64,000 bases of DNA from Octopus bimaculoides (lineage: Eukaryota): the NCBI RefSeq assembly GCF_001194135.2, contig NC_069002.1, forward strand, positions 22,683,731 through 22,747,730, given 5' to 3'. Positions 1 to 42,107 of this stretch are shown here, piece after piece. The stretch's first letter is position 1; each line of letters begins with the position of its first letter. The translations under genes and the position numbers were made by a program. Below the pieces are notes generated by a model. The model saw only the letters and a program-made list of their open reading frames with translations, made no database searches and was not told the DNA's origin.

Positions 1-259
1 TCACAGCAGAAATCAGGGAAATCCCTAAAGAGGAATGTGTTTGAGTAATTGACAATTTTGTGCGATGTATGCAAGTGTGCCTTGAATGCCGCGGAAACCA
101 TTTGGAGCATATTTTGAAAAAAAAAAAAAAAACGACTTTTATGCAAAGGGAATGATCGTACATAGACTGAAGCTGAAGTCAAGAAATTTGCTGGACCATT
201 GTAGGATTTAATAAAATTTTTATGGGTTGTGTTTTTTGGGGAGGGTCACCCTGTATATA

Positions 260-339
<80 letters not shown>

Positions 340-1221
340 TACACAAAGACAAAAACTATGATATAGATATTGGTAAAGTAAACTTCCATGTGAGAGAGAG
401 AGAAGACTAACATTGGTGGTCCCAATGATTCTGAAGAAGACAATGATTGAGCACGTTAACTAATGGAGGGACATCATCCTGGAACAAACCTAGCCAACCC
501 ACATCACTATGGAACTAAGAAAAAAAAAAAGCCAGGTGTGAAATATGAAACAGGGGTGTGGTGTTAAGGTGCAGGTTTATTGAAATACGATTAGGAGTTT
601 AAGGCTTAGTAAAAGAGCTGTCAGTCTGGTACAAGCCTTCAACAAAAGACTTAACTATTTGCTCAACTTTACCTGATTCATGAAAACAGGTTCCATTCTT
701 ACGACTATAATGGAATGGATAGTGGTAGGAAAGGGATCCAGTTGTGACCACCCTGTTTATATATATAAACAGTATCACCTATAGAATAAGTGTTACTCTT
801 TGTTCTAGCCATGGACATTTTCCAATAAGCTCTTCCTATTTTTAAGACAGTATGATGTAACTTCAGCATATCTGGTTGCTATTTCTAGCATGCTGAGCAA
901 CAGCATTGAGTAATAAAGGTAAAACAGCAGAGAACAAAACAAAAGGAAAAATATAAATGGCTGAGCATTAATGATAGGTTCATAAAAAAAAAAAATAAAA
1001 AATAAAACCGACATCGTGTCTGCTGTTCTCCACCCTCCTGATTATAATATGTTCCTACCATCATACTTTTAACTCCTCTTTACACCTCAGACTAAGTTCA
1101 GCTTATGCCACCACTGTCTCAATCATAAAGATTCTTTAGTCTTGTGAGTGACAAGACAATCCCACTAGTGCTGGCGCCACAGTAAAAAGATTCCAAGAGC
1201 TGGAAGCTAATGGAATATTTA

Positions 1222-29730
<28,509 letters not shown>

Positions 29731-30420
29731 ATTTATAATTGAAAATTAGTTGGATTTCTAATGATGTTAATGGAAGAAAAACCGGATGAAATCGAAGTGG
29801 TTTTTATAAAAGATGGTGGTGGATTAGATGGAAGATAATAGGAGAATCCGACAAAAGCGACATATAATATTGAGTAGCCATTTTTGTTGTAGTAATATGA
29901 GATAGAGGTGGTAGGAGGATGGAGTGGAGTGGCAATGGTGGGAGCAGTGACATAGTTAGGGTAGGAGTTCAGATATAGTAATGATGGGTGAGGGTGCGTA
30001 TAAGGTGAAAGTGAAAGAGTAATAAGAGGGGGTGATAGAGGGAGTAATTATATAAAAATAGAATGGTGATGATGAGAATTTTGATAGAGTAATAGTTTGT
30101 AGGTGGAAGTAGTAATATAGTAATAGGGTGTTAGTGGTAGGAATAGAAGCGATATAGTAATAGATTGGTGGTGGTAGTAATACAGTGGTGTTTGTTGTCG
30201 GACGTGTAGTAGAAAATGAACGGAAGCGAACTCTTTAGTATGAGGCGAAAGTGCGGGAATGAGAGGGAAGGTGTGTCAATAGAGAAAGTAGCTTTTGAGA
30301 GAGAGAGAGAGAGCGAGCGAAAGATGTAATAACATTATTTAGTGTAGCTCTCTCTTTTTATCAAAACTGTATGCACACCGTCTCTACAGCCAGTCAACAT
30401 CGTTTGCGTGCCGACTGACA
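29731..30420. promoter_or_regulatory. Putative POLR2B 5'UTR/promoter region
   Basis: Non-SINE sequence just upstream of the ATG. YY1-like AAAATGGC (minus, ~29878-29885), ETS-like CCGGAT/CGGAAG motifs (~29782, ~30221), strong purine/pyrimidine strand asymmetry. TSS not determinable. Confidence 0.45.
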
Positions 30421-31337
30421 GTTGAGGCTGTTGTTATTATTTATATATAGAGAGATAGAGTGTGAATTACTATTATTGTCATTACAACTATCATGGAAGT
30501 TTACCAAAGCGATAATCATTTTATAATTGTGGATGGAAATCATTTCCTTTGGTGTAGCCGTTTAGATGGATCTTTAAAAGCCGAAACAGGTGTGTACTCT
30601 CCGCCTCATGTTATTGTTGCATTTTGTTTCATTTACGTGGGTTACGTACGAATTTTTTAAATGTTTATCGTGTATATCAATTATTAAATAAGTAAAAGAC
30701 GGGATCTTATGATATAGTTCGACAGAAACTGTAACCGTATTGTTATCGTATATGCCTGAAACTGAAACCGGCATCGCTGGATATGAAGAGGAAGAAAAAA
30801 AACGTGTTACACTCTTAGAAACGCATAAATTATACATACATAACAACTACACACGCACACATACGCAAGGGTGCCCCTCTCCGACTTTTTTTCTCATAAC
30901 TTTCAGAAGGTATGCATATCTATAAACATCGTGCATGCGTGTATATGCAGACGTATATGTCTGGGAATGTCTGTCAGCACTTCCTTCTGTCCATCTCCCT
31001 CCATACAAACAGCTGAATATAACAATTATTAGAGTGTAAACAAACTATTTGAGTGTCTATACACACGTATTACCCGTAACGTTCCTCTTAAATAAACGTG
31101 TGTATGTATTCACATGTACAGCTGTTTATGACTCAGTCTTTCTATCACTGTATTTAAAGATGTGTGCGTAAACAACCAAATTTAAATATATGAACATTTT
31201 AAATATATGAAACCAATATGTAATATCAGCCCACAGCATTAAAATAATATACCGACACTCAATTTCACTAAATTGTTGATGTTGAATTAAAATGAAACTA
31301 TAAAGAAACTATACAGGACTATTCTCTTTAAAATACC

Positions 31338-31383
<46 letters not shown>

Positions 31384-32421
31384 ATAATAATTTTCCCTTG
31401 TTTTGTTTTTGTAGATTTAATATATTTTTCATTTGCAGCACATATAGAATAAGGGCGACGAATGCTGCAAGTTTCATTCTAGTATTTATCTATCTATCTA
31501 TCTATCTATACATCCGTCCATCCATCCAATTTTGGGGCTTTATTTAGGTACCAAGAAAGGACAGACATCTGTGGTTGATGTTTAAGTTACCAGACGTAAC
31601 ACGTGTGATAATGTTTGTTCTCTGAATTAAAAGATGTTTTTATTCATTTCTCTATTCTGTAAGGGAGGGGATAAGGTGGAGTAAAAATTCCCCTGTTCTT
31701 CAGTTTTCGGTCTACATCAGAATCTGAAGACTTCTGAACAAATCCAGATGTAAAGTGTGGTTTAACACTTTCCGATCTTGAGTAATCAGCCAGAGTTTGG
31801 AAGCAAGGTCTCGTATCTTTTGATATATATGTACCAGTAACGTGCTGCGGAATGGAAAGAAATGGATGACCTTCACTACTCTGGCCACACTTTTATTTTT
31901 ATGTTTATGAAAGGCCCGTGTACTTAACATAGACGGAGAAATCAATAGAAAAAAAAAACGCGTATACTTAAATGACACCGGGAAATATCGAACACTTACA
32001 TATACACGTACTTACAAGTTTATACATACACAAAGATATCTATGTAGATAGATATGCAGATATACACACACGCCTGATACCTTCCGATGTTTAAAAATAT
32101 TTTGGTGAATGGAGACAAGCGTTGCAGAAATCAGCTGCTAAAAACAGTGACACTGTCTCATTGACTCATACACACATACATATGTGTGTATATATGTATG
32201 TATAAATGTGTGTGTGTGTTTGTTATTTTTGCTAGTAGATAGCAACAGCCTTATTATTCCGTATAGCCCTGAATGCAACATGGATATATACAAGAATGTT
32301 CTCACTGCTGTTTCATTCAAGTACTGACTTCATTCACACATTTAATCTAGCGCACAGTAGAACGCTATGTGACACATACATACACACCCTTTTCCTGTGT
32401 CTCTGTTACACTCTTTGTCTT

Positions 32422-32464
<43 letters not shown>

Positions 32465-32714
32465 TTCGATGTTTTGGTGTACTATCTTTCACACTCGGAT
32501 ACGCTGATATAATTACGTAGTGACATGCAGACACAACTTTCTCTCATTCACACACACACACTGGTGTAGGGACCCAGAGGTAGAACGTACGCAACCAACA
32601 CCCACCCACACACACACACGATCACGATTCTCTTCACTCTGATTTATGTACACACATTGCTTTATGCATAATCTAACACCACAAGGAAACGTGAATTGTT
32701 TTCACGTGTTCTGC

Positions 32715-32751
<37 letters not shown>

Positions 32752-32786
32752 ACACATACACACACAAACACACACACACACACACA

Positions 32787-32819
<33 letters not shown>

Positions 32820-33194
32820 GCACGCACATACAAATTCATGAGTGTTTACACATGTATACCGACACATGAATGTACGACGGCACACGTGCACCAAGCATTG
32901 ACACATGTTATGTAAGTACACAAGTTGACAGCTATTTATGTACATGCATACATATACCCATACATATACGTACGTTCATGCATACACAAACACATACATG
33001 CATGCATATATACATGCATGCATATATACATGCATGCATACGTACATGTGTGGTTAAGAAACCTGCTTTCCAACCATGTGATCTTGGGTTCAGTCTCACT
33101 GTAACGAACTTTGGGCACGTGTTTTCTAATATAGCCCTGGGCTGACCAATTTATAATGAGTGAATTTGTTAGATGGAAACTGAGAGAAGCCCGT

Positions 33195-33234
<40 letters not shown>

Positions 33235-33244
33235 NNNNNNNNNN

Positions 33245-34798
33245 AAAATATAAAAACTTAATAACTTTGACTGTCATATTGTGCGCTGTACGACAACTGC
33301 TGTCGTGACCGCAGCGCATCCTGAGCACCCAGCCTTACCCCCCGACACCCTCGCTCTCTCACTCTCCCGCTTGTGGTCAGCAAGGCAACACAATGATGCT
33401 CTCTGTACCTATATTACTATTTCATCTATTTTTTCCATTATCTCTTGCACCCCATACTACAAGATGCCTCCAAAGAGGAAGAATACATCTTCACCTGTAG
33501 CAGGAAATGCCAAGAAACAACGGAGAGCTATTGACCTTGACACGAAAATGAAAATCATTACAGACTACAAAGGCGGGAAAAAGGTGAGAGCTATCGCAGA
33601 TGATACGGGCCTGGCACATTCTACCATCTCTCCTATTTTGAAGGATAAAGCGAAAGTGAAGGAGGCAGCCAGAAGTTCGATAGGCTTTAAAGCATGCATC
33701 ACAAGACAACGGAAAGGTCTCATTCACGAGATGGAAAAGCTGCTCGCAATCTAGATTGACGATCAGATTCAAAAATGAATTCCGATGAGCCTTCTCACTA
33801 TCCAAGCAAAGGCACGCAGTATTGTCACCACACTGAAGGAGCAACAGGAAGAAGAATGAACTGAGACATTTACGGCAAACCATGGCTGGTTTCAATGATT
33901 TTGTTCGAGAATTAATCTGCATAATCGTAGCATCAGCGGTGAGGCAGCGAGCTCCGATGTGGAAAGAGCAGAGAAATTCGATAATGAGGAACATGTCGGG
34001 AGTATAAATCGAAGAGTTGTGGACCTTGCTAATGAACTGAATTTGGAAGTGAACAACATTCAAGAATTAGTGGAATATGAAGAGGGCGAGCAAACTACAG
34101 AAGATTTGATCGAATTGGAAGCATTGCAGCACATGGAAGAAGAACAAGAAAAAGAACGAACGAACAGAAGTACAAAAGAAGTTCACCGTCAAGGGATTAG
34201 CGAGTGTTTTCTCGAAGATTAATTCTGCTATGCTAGAACTTGAGGCGATAGATCCAAATTTTGAGCGATTTTCCAAGGTGGAAAGGCAGACAACTGAACT
34301 TTTCCGATGTTATCGAGAAATTAATGACGAAAAAAAGAAGATAACAAAAGCAAACAACACTGACGGGATTTTTCATGCATTTTGATGTCAAGAATGAGTT
34401 GCTTTTGTAATCTTTATCCAAAGTAAAACAAAGTTATTATGTTTGAGTTTCCTTTAAACCTTTTCTATATAATCCTGAGAAAAGTTTATTCGGCAACTTA
34501 TGTACTGGGCCTGGAATCACAAACATACTTATGATGTCTGAGCTACAATAATACAGTATCCATATCCTAACTTTTAAGGTTTTCCTTGTGATAATCTTAC
34601 TGTTACTTATTCATTTTTCAACAATTTATGTTAGTGATTCTTGGTCCTGTACTGCATATACATTATACAGGACGGTATTCTGTTTTTATATGTACGTACA
34701 GTACACTATACCTATAAAAAAAAATGCATACCCTATGAATATTCGTTTAACGACGGGGCTGTTGGAATGTAACTCGGTCGTTAAATGAGGACAGTCTG
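33245..34798 (+). mobile_element. Internally deleted Tigger/pogo transposon, transposase pseudogene
   Basis: ATG at 33464; CENP-B-type HTH regions (RRAIDLDTKMKII; IQAKARS; FTANHGWF) with stops, then an acidic C-terminal region; right TIR ...TTAAATGAGGACAGTCTG|TA; left end probably in the gap. Confidence 0.88.
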
Positions 34799-34869
34799 TA
34801 TTAGAAAAGATAAGGTACTCAGATATCTGGATGGTTGAACATTTATAGATTTTTATTAATATGTCACAT

Positions 34870-35048
34870 GTTTTATAAATATTAGCGCTTGTACCTATTC
34901 TTGTAGGTTCTTCAGATATGATTTCACTTCAGAGGATTTGTCTCTTTTTATAGTATGTATACTATAAAAGAGACAAATATACTATACAAAGAGACAAATC
35001 TTCTGAAGAACCTACAAGAATAGGTGCAAGCGCTAATATTTATAAAAC
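34870..35048. mobile_element. Small foldback with degenerate hammerhead-like arms (Penelope-like)
   Basis: 34870-34916 mirrors 35002-35048: CTGAAGA ACCTA-CAAGAA-TAGGT (G/A)CAA GCGCTAATAT. Confidence 0.6.
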
Positions 35049-35249
35049 NNNNNNNNNNNNNNNNNNNNNNNNNNNNNNNNNNNNNNNNNNNNNNNNNNNN
35101 NNNNNNNNNNNNNNNNNNNNNNNNNNNNNNNNNNNNNNNNNNNNNNNNATTTATATGTATGTATGTATTTATATGTATATATGTATATGTATGTATGTAT
35201 GTGGATATTTGTGGATCTTAAAATGTCTTTTGATGCCTCCGTTAGATTT

Positions 35250-36050
35250 GCAGACCTTCTGGTATTGAAAGGTGTGCACAGTCATATAAGCAGAATAGTT
35301 GGTACAAGTTCGTTTTCCATGTGTTCGCAAATGAGATTTGAGCCCAGCAAAAGAAAAAAAGGGCAATGTAATCCAGATCTTGTGTTCTGTGAGTGAAGCA
35401 AGGAAAGGAAGGGCTGGCACAAATACCTGCAACAGAGTAGCAATGTTATATAGGGTGATAGAGGAGTAGGTCTACCACCTGACAATAGAGTATGACATGG
35501 CTTGTCCTTCATCTCTGTACAGTCCAGAGGTATGGCAGGGGGTGGAGGGCTTACTTTTAGAAAGGGTCAATGATAAGGCAATCCCACATCCATCAACTCA
35601 GTTCTGTCCTCATATGGAGACTGAACAAAGGTCACCCCCACCCTTTTTTTTTTACCCAGTAAGTATCATCATGGTATATCTGGGAATTCATTTTGATTCT
35701 GGGATCTAGATGAGTGATTGAATTGAATTTCCTTTTAAGATCCATGACTTTGAGAAGCCACCATAACCGTTCAGTGCTATTTAGCATCAAAAGGATGTCT
35801 TACTGCAGACACTTTCAAGAATCGTTGCCTTCAACATCTCCATCTCCACAGAACAAGGAAAATTCCTTCAACATTTCAAAGAAAAGGTAAAATTCTGTGG
35901 CTGTGCTACAATATGTTTAGAACTTCAAAAACTAGGGAGTGGTGTGGCCCCCATCAATGTGAAGCATTGTTGATAAGGCCACTCCCACATTGGAAAGTTC
36001 TTGTCAAGTTTTGGAATTTGGTTATTTCATAAGCACTGGTATAGGAGCAA
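35250..36050 (-). mobile_element. Degraded RTE-like LINE 3' region
   Basis: Terminal C2H2-like remnants (AGLKSHLRTH; RSGLH) in broken frames. Confidence 0.4.
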
Positions 36051-37729
36051 GGATCAAATAGCACAACCAACAGCATGGGCATATGAGAAAGGATAACAAC
36101 ATCAACCGTGATCCTATAATGATGGAATCTATTGTGTGTGTCCGTTTATTTTAATTGCAATATATATTAAAAAAGAAGAAAAATGGACAAGTTCGCATAA
36201 AGCTCATGCATGCCATGTGACTGGGTTTTGTTTTAATTATTTAAACAAATGTACATCGTTTGTTATGTATTGATTAGGAGTTCAATATATGACAGTTCCA
36301 AACCCTGAAACAACCTGCAACATTTCTTGCCTGGAGATTAGCAGTGTTGTTAAATTGCCACAGATGGAAGATGTTCTTTCTGCAAAATTACCAACTGTCT
36401 ACAGATCACAATCTGTAAGAATCAGTTTTGGAATATTTCAGTCAGAGCCACAGAGAAATTCCCTTTGGCAGCAACAGACTTAGACTGAATTGTTTCCTTT
36501 TACGTTACAGTTCTACAAGAACAGAAGCTATATATATAGGTCTACAACAAATCCGGTCACGTGACCAGCTTTAACCAATGAGCACCATCCTTAAAAATAT
36601 CTCACAGATACAATATTTGTCATTTTACATAATTACTCAGAATATTGGTTTCAAATTTTGGCACAAGGCCAGCAACTTTGGGGTGGGGGTTTGGGGTTAA
36701 ATCAATTACATTAACTGTTCAACTGGTACTTATTTTATCAACCCCGAAGGGATGAAAGGCAAAGTTGACGTCAGCAGAATTTGAACTCAGAATGTGAAGA
36801 CTGACAAAATGCTGCCAAGCATTTTGCCCAGCATGCTAACTATTTTGCCAGCTCATCGCCCTAATTATTGGGAATATTCTGTTCTACTATAAGCACAAGG
36901 CCTGAAATTTGTGGGGAGAGGCTAAGTCAATTACATCGACCCCTAGTACTCAACTGGTACTTATTTTATTGGTCCTGAAAGGATGAAAAGCAAAGCTGAC
37001 CTCGATGGAATTCGAACTCATAATGCAAAAATGGCCGAAATGCCTCTAAACCTTTTGCCTAGCATGCTAACGAGTCTGCCAGCACATTGCCTTGATTATT
37101 TAGAATGTTGTCTGATAGATCACAGATATGTGTCATGTTTGAAATTCTGAGTAGTGATGTTGTGATTCATCGTTTTCTAATAAATAGGAATACGACATCA
37201 TGTATTGATAATACTTTTGTTTTGTAGACACCAGGATGTGGTGTGTATCATCATCATCATCAGATAATATCATTTTTTTCTGTGATGTGTCAGACAGAAT
37301 CTTTTGAGGTTAATTTGTTACTGTTGGATGCCTTTCCTGTTACCAACCTTCACCTGTTTCCAAGCAAGGTGATGTTTCTGCATGGCCAGACAAGTTTTTC
37401 ATGGTAGACTGGACATGAACAACACTGCTTGTATGATGGTGATGCTCATTTACAGCCATCACATGATATCAAAGCAAGGGGCCATTCATTTGTATATGCA
37501 CATGCACATTCTTTTATTCTTTTTTTTTCTTTTACTTGTTTCAGTCATTTGACTGTGGTCATGCTGGAACACCGCCTTAGTCAAACTAATCGACAGCAGG
37601 ACTTATGGGGATGTAAGCACACCAACTTTGGTTGTCAAGTAATGGTGGGGGGACAAACACAGGCACACAAACATATACATACACACACACACACATATAT
37701 ATATATATATCTTTCTCTCTCTCTCTCTC

Positions 37730-37760
<31 letters not shown>

Positions 37761-38582
37761 NNNNNNNNNNNNNNNNNNNNNNNNNNNNNNNNNNNNNNNN
37801 NNNNNNNNNNNNNNNNNNNNNNNNNNNNNNNNNNNNNNNNNNNNNNNNNNNNNNNNNNNNNNNNNNNNNNNNNNNNNNNNNNNNNNNNNNNNNNNNNNNN
37901 NNNNNNNNNNNNNNNNNNNNNNNNNNNNNNNNNNNNNNNNNNNNNNNNNNNNNNNNNNNNNNNNNNNNNNNNNNNNNNNNNNNNNNNNNNNNNNNNNNNN
38001 NNNNNNNNNNNNNNNNNNNNNNNNNNNNNNNNNNNNNNNNNNNNNNNNNNNNNNNNNNNNNNNNNNNNNNNNNNNNNNNNNNNNNNNNNNNNNNNNNNNN
38101 NNNNNNNNNNNNNNNNNNNNNNNNNNNNNNNNNNNNNNNNNNNNNNNNNNNNNNNNNNNNNNNNNNNNNNNNNNNNNNNNNNNNNNNNNNNNNNNNNNNN
38201 NNNNNNNNNNNNNNNNNNNNNNNNNNNNNNNNNNNNNNNNNNNNNNNNNNNNNNNNNNNNNNNNNNNNNNNNNNNNNNNNNNNNNNNNNNNNNNNNNNNN
38301 NNNNNNNNNNNNNNNNNNNNNNNNNNNNNNNNNNNNNNNNNNNNNNNNNNNNNNNNNNNNNNNNNNNNNNNNNNNNNNNNNNNNNNNNNNNNNNNNNNNN
38401 NNNNNNNNNNNNNNNNNNNNNNNNNNNNNNNNNNNNNNNNNNNNNNNNNNNNNNNNNNNNNNNNNNNNNNNNNNNNNNNNNNNNNNNNNNNNNNNNNNNN
38501 NNNNNNNNNNNNNNNNNNNNNNNNNNNNNNNNNNNNNNNNNNNNNNNNNNNNNNNNNNNNNNNNNNNNNNNNNNNNNNNNNN

Positions 38583-38630
38583 AACCCTAACCCTAACCCT
38601 AGGGCTAGGGTTAGGGTTAGGGTTAGGGTT
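38583..38630. repeat. Interstitial telomere-like (CCCTAA)n/(TTAGGG)n palindrome
   Basis: AACCCTAACCCTAACCCTAGGGCTAGGGTTAGGGTTAGGGTTAGGGTT next to a gap. Confidence 0.8.
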
Positions 38631-39480
38631 AAAGCAAATTTAAAATGAAAAAAGCAAATAAGACGAAGGTATGGAGATTAAATACGCTTTACATCGCTTA
38701 ATCAGCCAAAGGAGTAAATGTAAACAACTGAATACTTGTCAGTGATTGGTTGAAATTATCGAAATAAGACAATTTTTTACATGAAATGAATTCGAATACA
38801 AAAATATTTTTCTGTTCTATAACACAAAATAGATAAGTATACGAAGTTTGAAAGTCTTTCCGTACCAAAAACACTACATAAAACATTAATGAAAAATGTG
38901 GCCCCCGTTTTAAAATAGATCCATAAAGTGTATTGTTGATGGTGACCATTTCTCATGTCTGAGGATTTTAGTTTTCTCCTGATTTAGTGGTTCCATCTTG
39001 GTGATAGCATTGATGAATGAAAATGCCAACTCTTGAAGGAACAACAATGGCAAGGAAGGATTGTTGCTGTTCTTCCTATATCTTGGGCTCTTTAGGTTTT
39101 CCTTCAACTTTTCTTTTCGACTTTGGAAAAAGATCAATTCCAGTGGTGATGGAATGCCACCTGTTGGGGTGGTTCTTTCTCAGCTTCACTTTCTTAGTTT
39201 CCCTTTGATGGTTGTTCTTTGTAACAGCAGAAGACTTGTGTGTTTCAGAGATTCTGAGAGCAATGCTGTCAGGTGTCCAGTGCTCCTTGTTGGCCAACCA
39301 TAGAAGCAAGGTCAAAGAAGAAGATCCACAATAAAATTTGTATGTGTTTACACACACACACACACACACGCACAACCATATATATATCTACTACATATGT
39401 GGAAAATCAGTGTGTGTGTGTGTTTGTGGCATTGTTACCTAACTCCTTCTACATCGTTTTATTGATTTTGATGAAACTTA

Positions 39481-39915
39481 ACACGTGAGTAGAACTCATG
39501 TCTGGAAACCTCATCACATACTTAGATTGTTGAAAAAAATCAATAATATGGCCCCTGGAAAGGACCTTTATATCTACCTCATATAACTAATTTTTTTTAA
39601 CACCCAAGAGAAATAACTCATAGCACCTGTACAATATTTTTTTAGACACTCAAGGAAAATAACCCATTTCATTGTTCATGTTTGATTACTTTGAATATTG
39701 ATTTTTTTTGTGTATCCTATTTCTAATTTTTGCAGACAATATCACTTTTATACTTTATTTGACACGTGAGTAGAACTCATGTCTGGAAACCTCATGACAT
39801 ACTTAGATTGTTGAAAAAAATTGATAATAGGGTCCTTCAAATGGATCCTTCTATCTACTACATATTACTAATATTTTATTTAAACAACCCAAGGGAAATA
39901 ACCCATACCACCTAC
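39481..39915. repeat. ~280-bp-period direct duplication inside a Helitron-like repeat
   Basis: ACACGTGAGTAGAACTCATGTCTGGAAACCTCAT(C/G)ACATACTTAGATTGTTG at 39481 and 39761. Confidence 0.75.
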
Positions 39916-40061
39916 AGATTTTAGCAAAGCGTTCAGTATCTGATTCTCACGGTCAGCCAAACTAATTCTGCATTTCACTACTCATAGTCTTGAACTGCTA
40001 AACATTATTATTGCACTTCCTTAATTTGAATCTTAAACATTAAAGACTTCATTTATACATA

Positions 40062-40576
40062 TCTATACGTATATACATCTTTGAATGCCCATTACTCCGA
40101 TAATTCTGCATTTTTACAGTTACACTTTTTCCATGACAGTAGATAGATTTTTTTATTCCACAACGTAGTTATAGTGGCTTCATGCAGGCATAGCATGGAT
40201 TCGATCCTTGATTGCCAAATTCCACTTAACACTTCAACAGTGCTTTTCTCACGGTAAACCAATAGTTTTTCTGTGAATGATAGCAGTTGTACATTTCCAA
40301 GATGCCTTCGCTAAGCAGAATAATGTCTTTGCCTCTCGCAAACCGCCGACAGCCTCTCTCACCAATCTCTGACAATCTTTCTTGCCAACCTCTGAAAACC
40401 TCTCTCGCCAACCTCCAGCAATCTCTGCCTGCTCCAGCTAACAGTTTTTTGTATGTTTTCATGATGGAAAATACACCTTTTGTGGCAGTTATAGTGAAAT
40501 TGCTTTCTTATATCAGAGTAATAAGGCATTTCAATAAAACATCTTTACCCCCGGAAATTACTGGGTACACCAGCTA

Positions 40577-40577
<1 letters not shown>
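40062..40577 (+). mobile_element. Probable non-autonomous Helitron with internal short tandem units
   Basis: A|TCTATACGTATATA start; degenerate hairpin CCCCGG-AAATTA-CTGGG then CTAG|T. Confidence 0.5.
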
Positions 40578-40638
<61 letters not shown>

Positions 40639-40640
40639 AT

Positions 40641-40673
<33 letters not shown>

Positions 40674-40674
<1 letters not shown>

Positions 40675-40891
40675 GAGGGGGTGCTGAAAAGTTCCTGGCC
40701 TTGAGTAAAAGAAAATACAGGAGGATCAGTTAATCACGATTTTATTCAACATATTTCCCTCTCAGACTTGCACATTTATTTGTAGTGGTCCTTCAGTTTT
40801 AGTAAGCCCTATAAAAGAACTCAGAAGGTTAGGCCTCCAACCAGGCCTTTTGTGATACTCTTAAAGCCAGGAACTTTTCAGCACCTCCTCA
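40674..40891. mobile_element. mariner-type MITE
   Basis: TA|TGAGGGGGTGCTGAAAAGTTCCTGGC ... GCCAGGAACTTTTCAGCACCTCCTCA|TA. Confidence 0.88.
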
Positions 40892-41089
40892 TATGTATAT
40901 ACGAAGCACATAAATACGATAACTAATAGCATGTAGATTGGGTTGAAAATTTCACAAATTCTTATGACACCAACAATGTATATAAACCATCTTCATCATC
41001 ATCATCATCCTTTGTCTGTTTTCCATGCTGGCATGGGTTGGATGGCTTGACCAGAGAGAGAGAGAGACTGCCTTTCTTTAGGAATTTGG

Positions 41090-41380
41090 TGCCATTTGGT
41101 GGCAGTGGCTGGTTTTATGTTAGTTTTCACCCTTTGCAGATCACTTGCCAATTTCTGCAAAGACCTTGTCATGTTTCCACTTGTATTGGCCTGCTCCCAA
41201 TGCCCCAGGGCATCCAATCAAAATGTGGTTCAAAGAGCAAAGAGTGCTCTACACTGCTTGCAGGGTGGGTCTTCTTCTTGGTCTCATATTTTAAGGCTGT
41301 TTGAGGTTAGCAAGAGGTCAGCGACTGCATGAAGGAGGAAGGACAATCTTCTCTGGTCAGTGCTCCAGTGTTCCTTCCAG
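41090..41380 (-). mobile_element. RLE-type non-LTR retrotransposon fragment (Hero/NeSL-like zinc knuckle)
   Basis: Across one frameshift: AVADLLLTSNSLKI*DQEEDPPCKQCR / CSLNHILIGCPGALGAGQYKWKHDKV, a CCHC motif followed by (R/K)HD. Confidence 0.7.
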
Positions 41381-41409
41381 GAACTGTTTGTTTATCTCTC
41401 CCTCCCTTC

Positions 41410-41468
<59 letters not shown>

Positions 41469-41478
41469 NNNNNNNNNN

Positions 41479-41523
<45 letters not shown>

Positions 41524-42107
41524 GTCTCTCTCTCTCTCTCTCCCCGTCCTTGTCTTGATGTCATGCATTAATTGTAGACAAATGGCACTGTCATGCAAGC
41601 TGTGTTGTTTCTTTGCAATCTCGTACAAAAACATCTCTGGGCCTTTGTACTGTTCATGTTTGAAGGACTAGCAGAAAAATATTGCCTCACTTTGAAACAG
41701 GTGCAGGTTGGTAACAAGAAGAGCATCTTGCCAAAGATAATCTCCCTTGGCAAATTTTGTCCAATCCAATGCAAATGTGGAAAAATGATTGTTAATGTAA
41801 TGATGATGATGATACATGTGCGCGCACACACACACACACACACATGTATATGTATATATATATATTTAGACAAGTATATACTTATACATGTTAAATTAAA
41901 GTTTGTTATTTAAAATCTAGTTTAATTCTAATAACAGAACATTTACTGATAGAGTGACTCAATATTAAGAAAAGAGTTCAGTTTGTGAAGTCCCTGTCAA
42001 CCTGAACTGCATGCATGTATACATACAAACATACATACATACATATGTACATACATGCATACATACATACATATATAAATACATATATACATGCATGCAT
42101 GCATGCA

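Noticed and set aside
381-395. Plus-strand NFHVR, identical to a motif in the next expected RPB2 exon (TNFHVRMDT)
   Set aside because: Wrong strand, only 5 residues, flanks do not match; treated as coincidence. The true exon lies beyond the window edge.
36289-36483. 64-aa plus-strand ORF in unique sequence
   Set aside because: No recognisable homology or convincing splice pair; cannot be supported.
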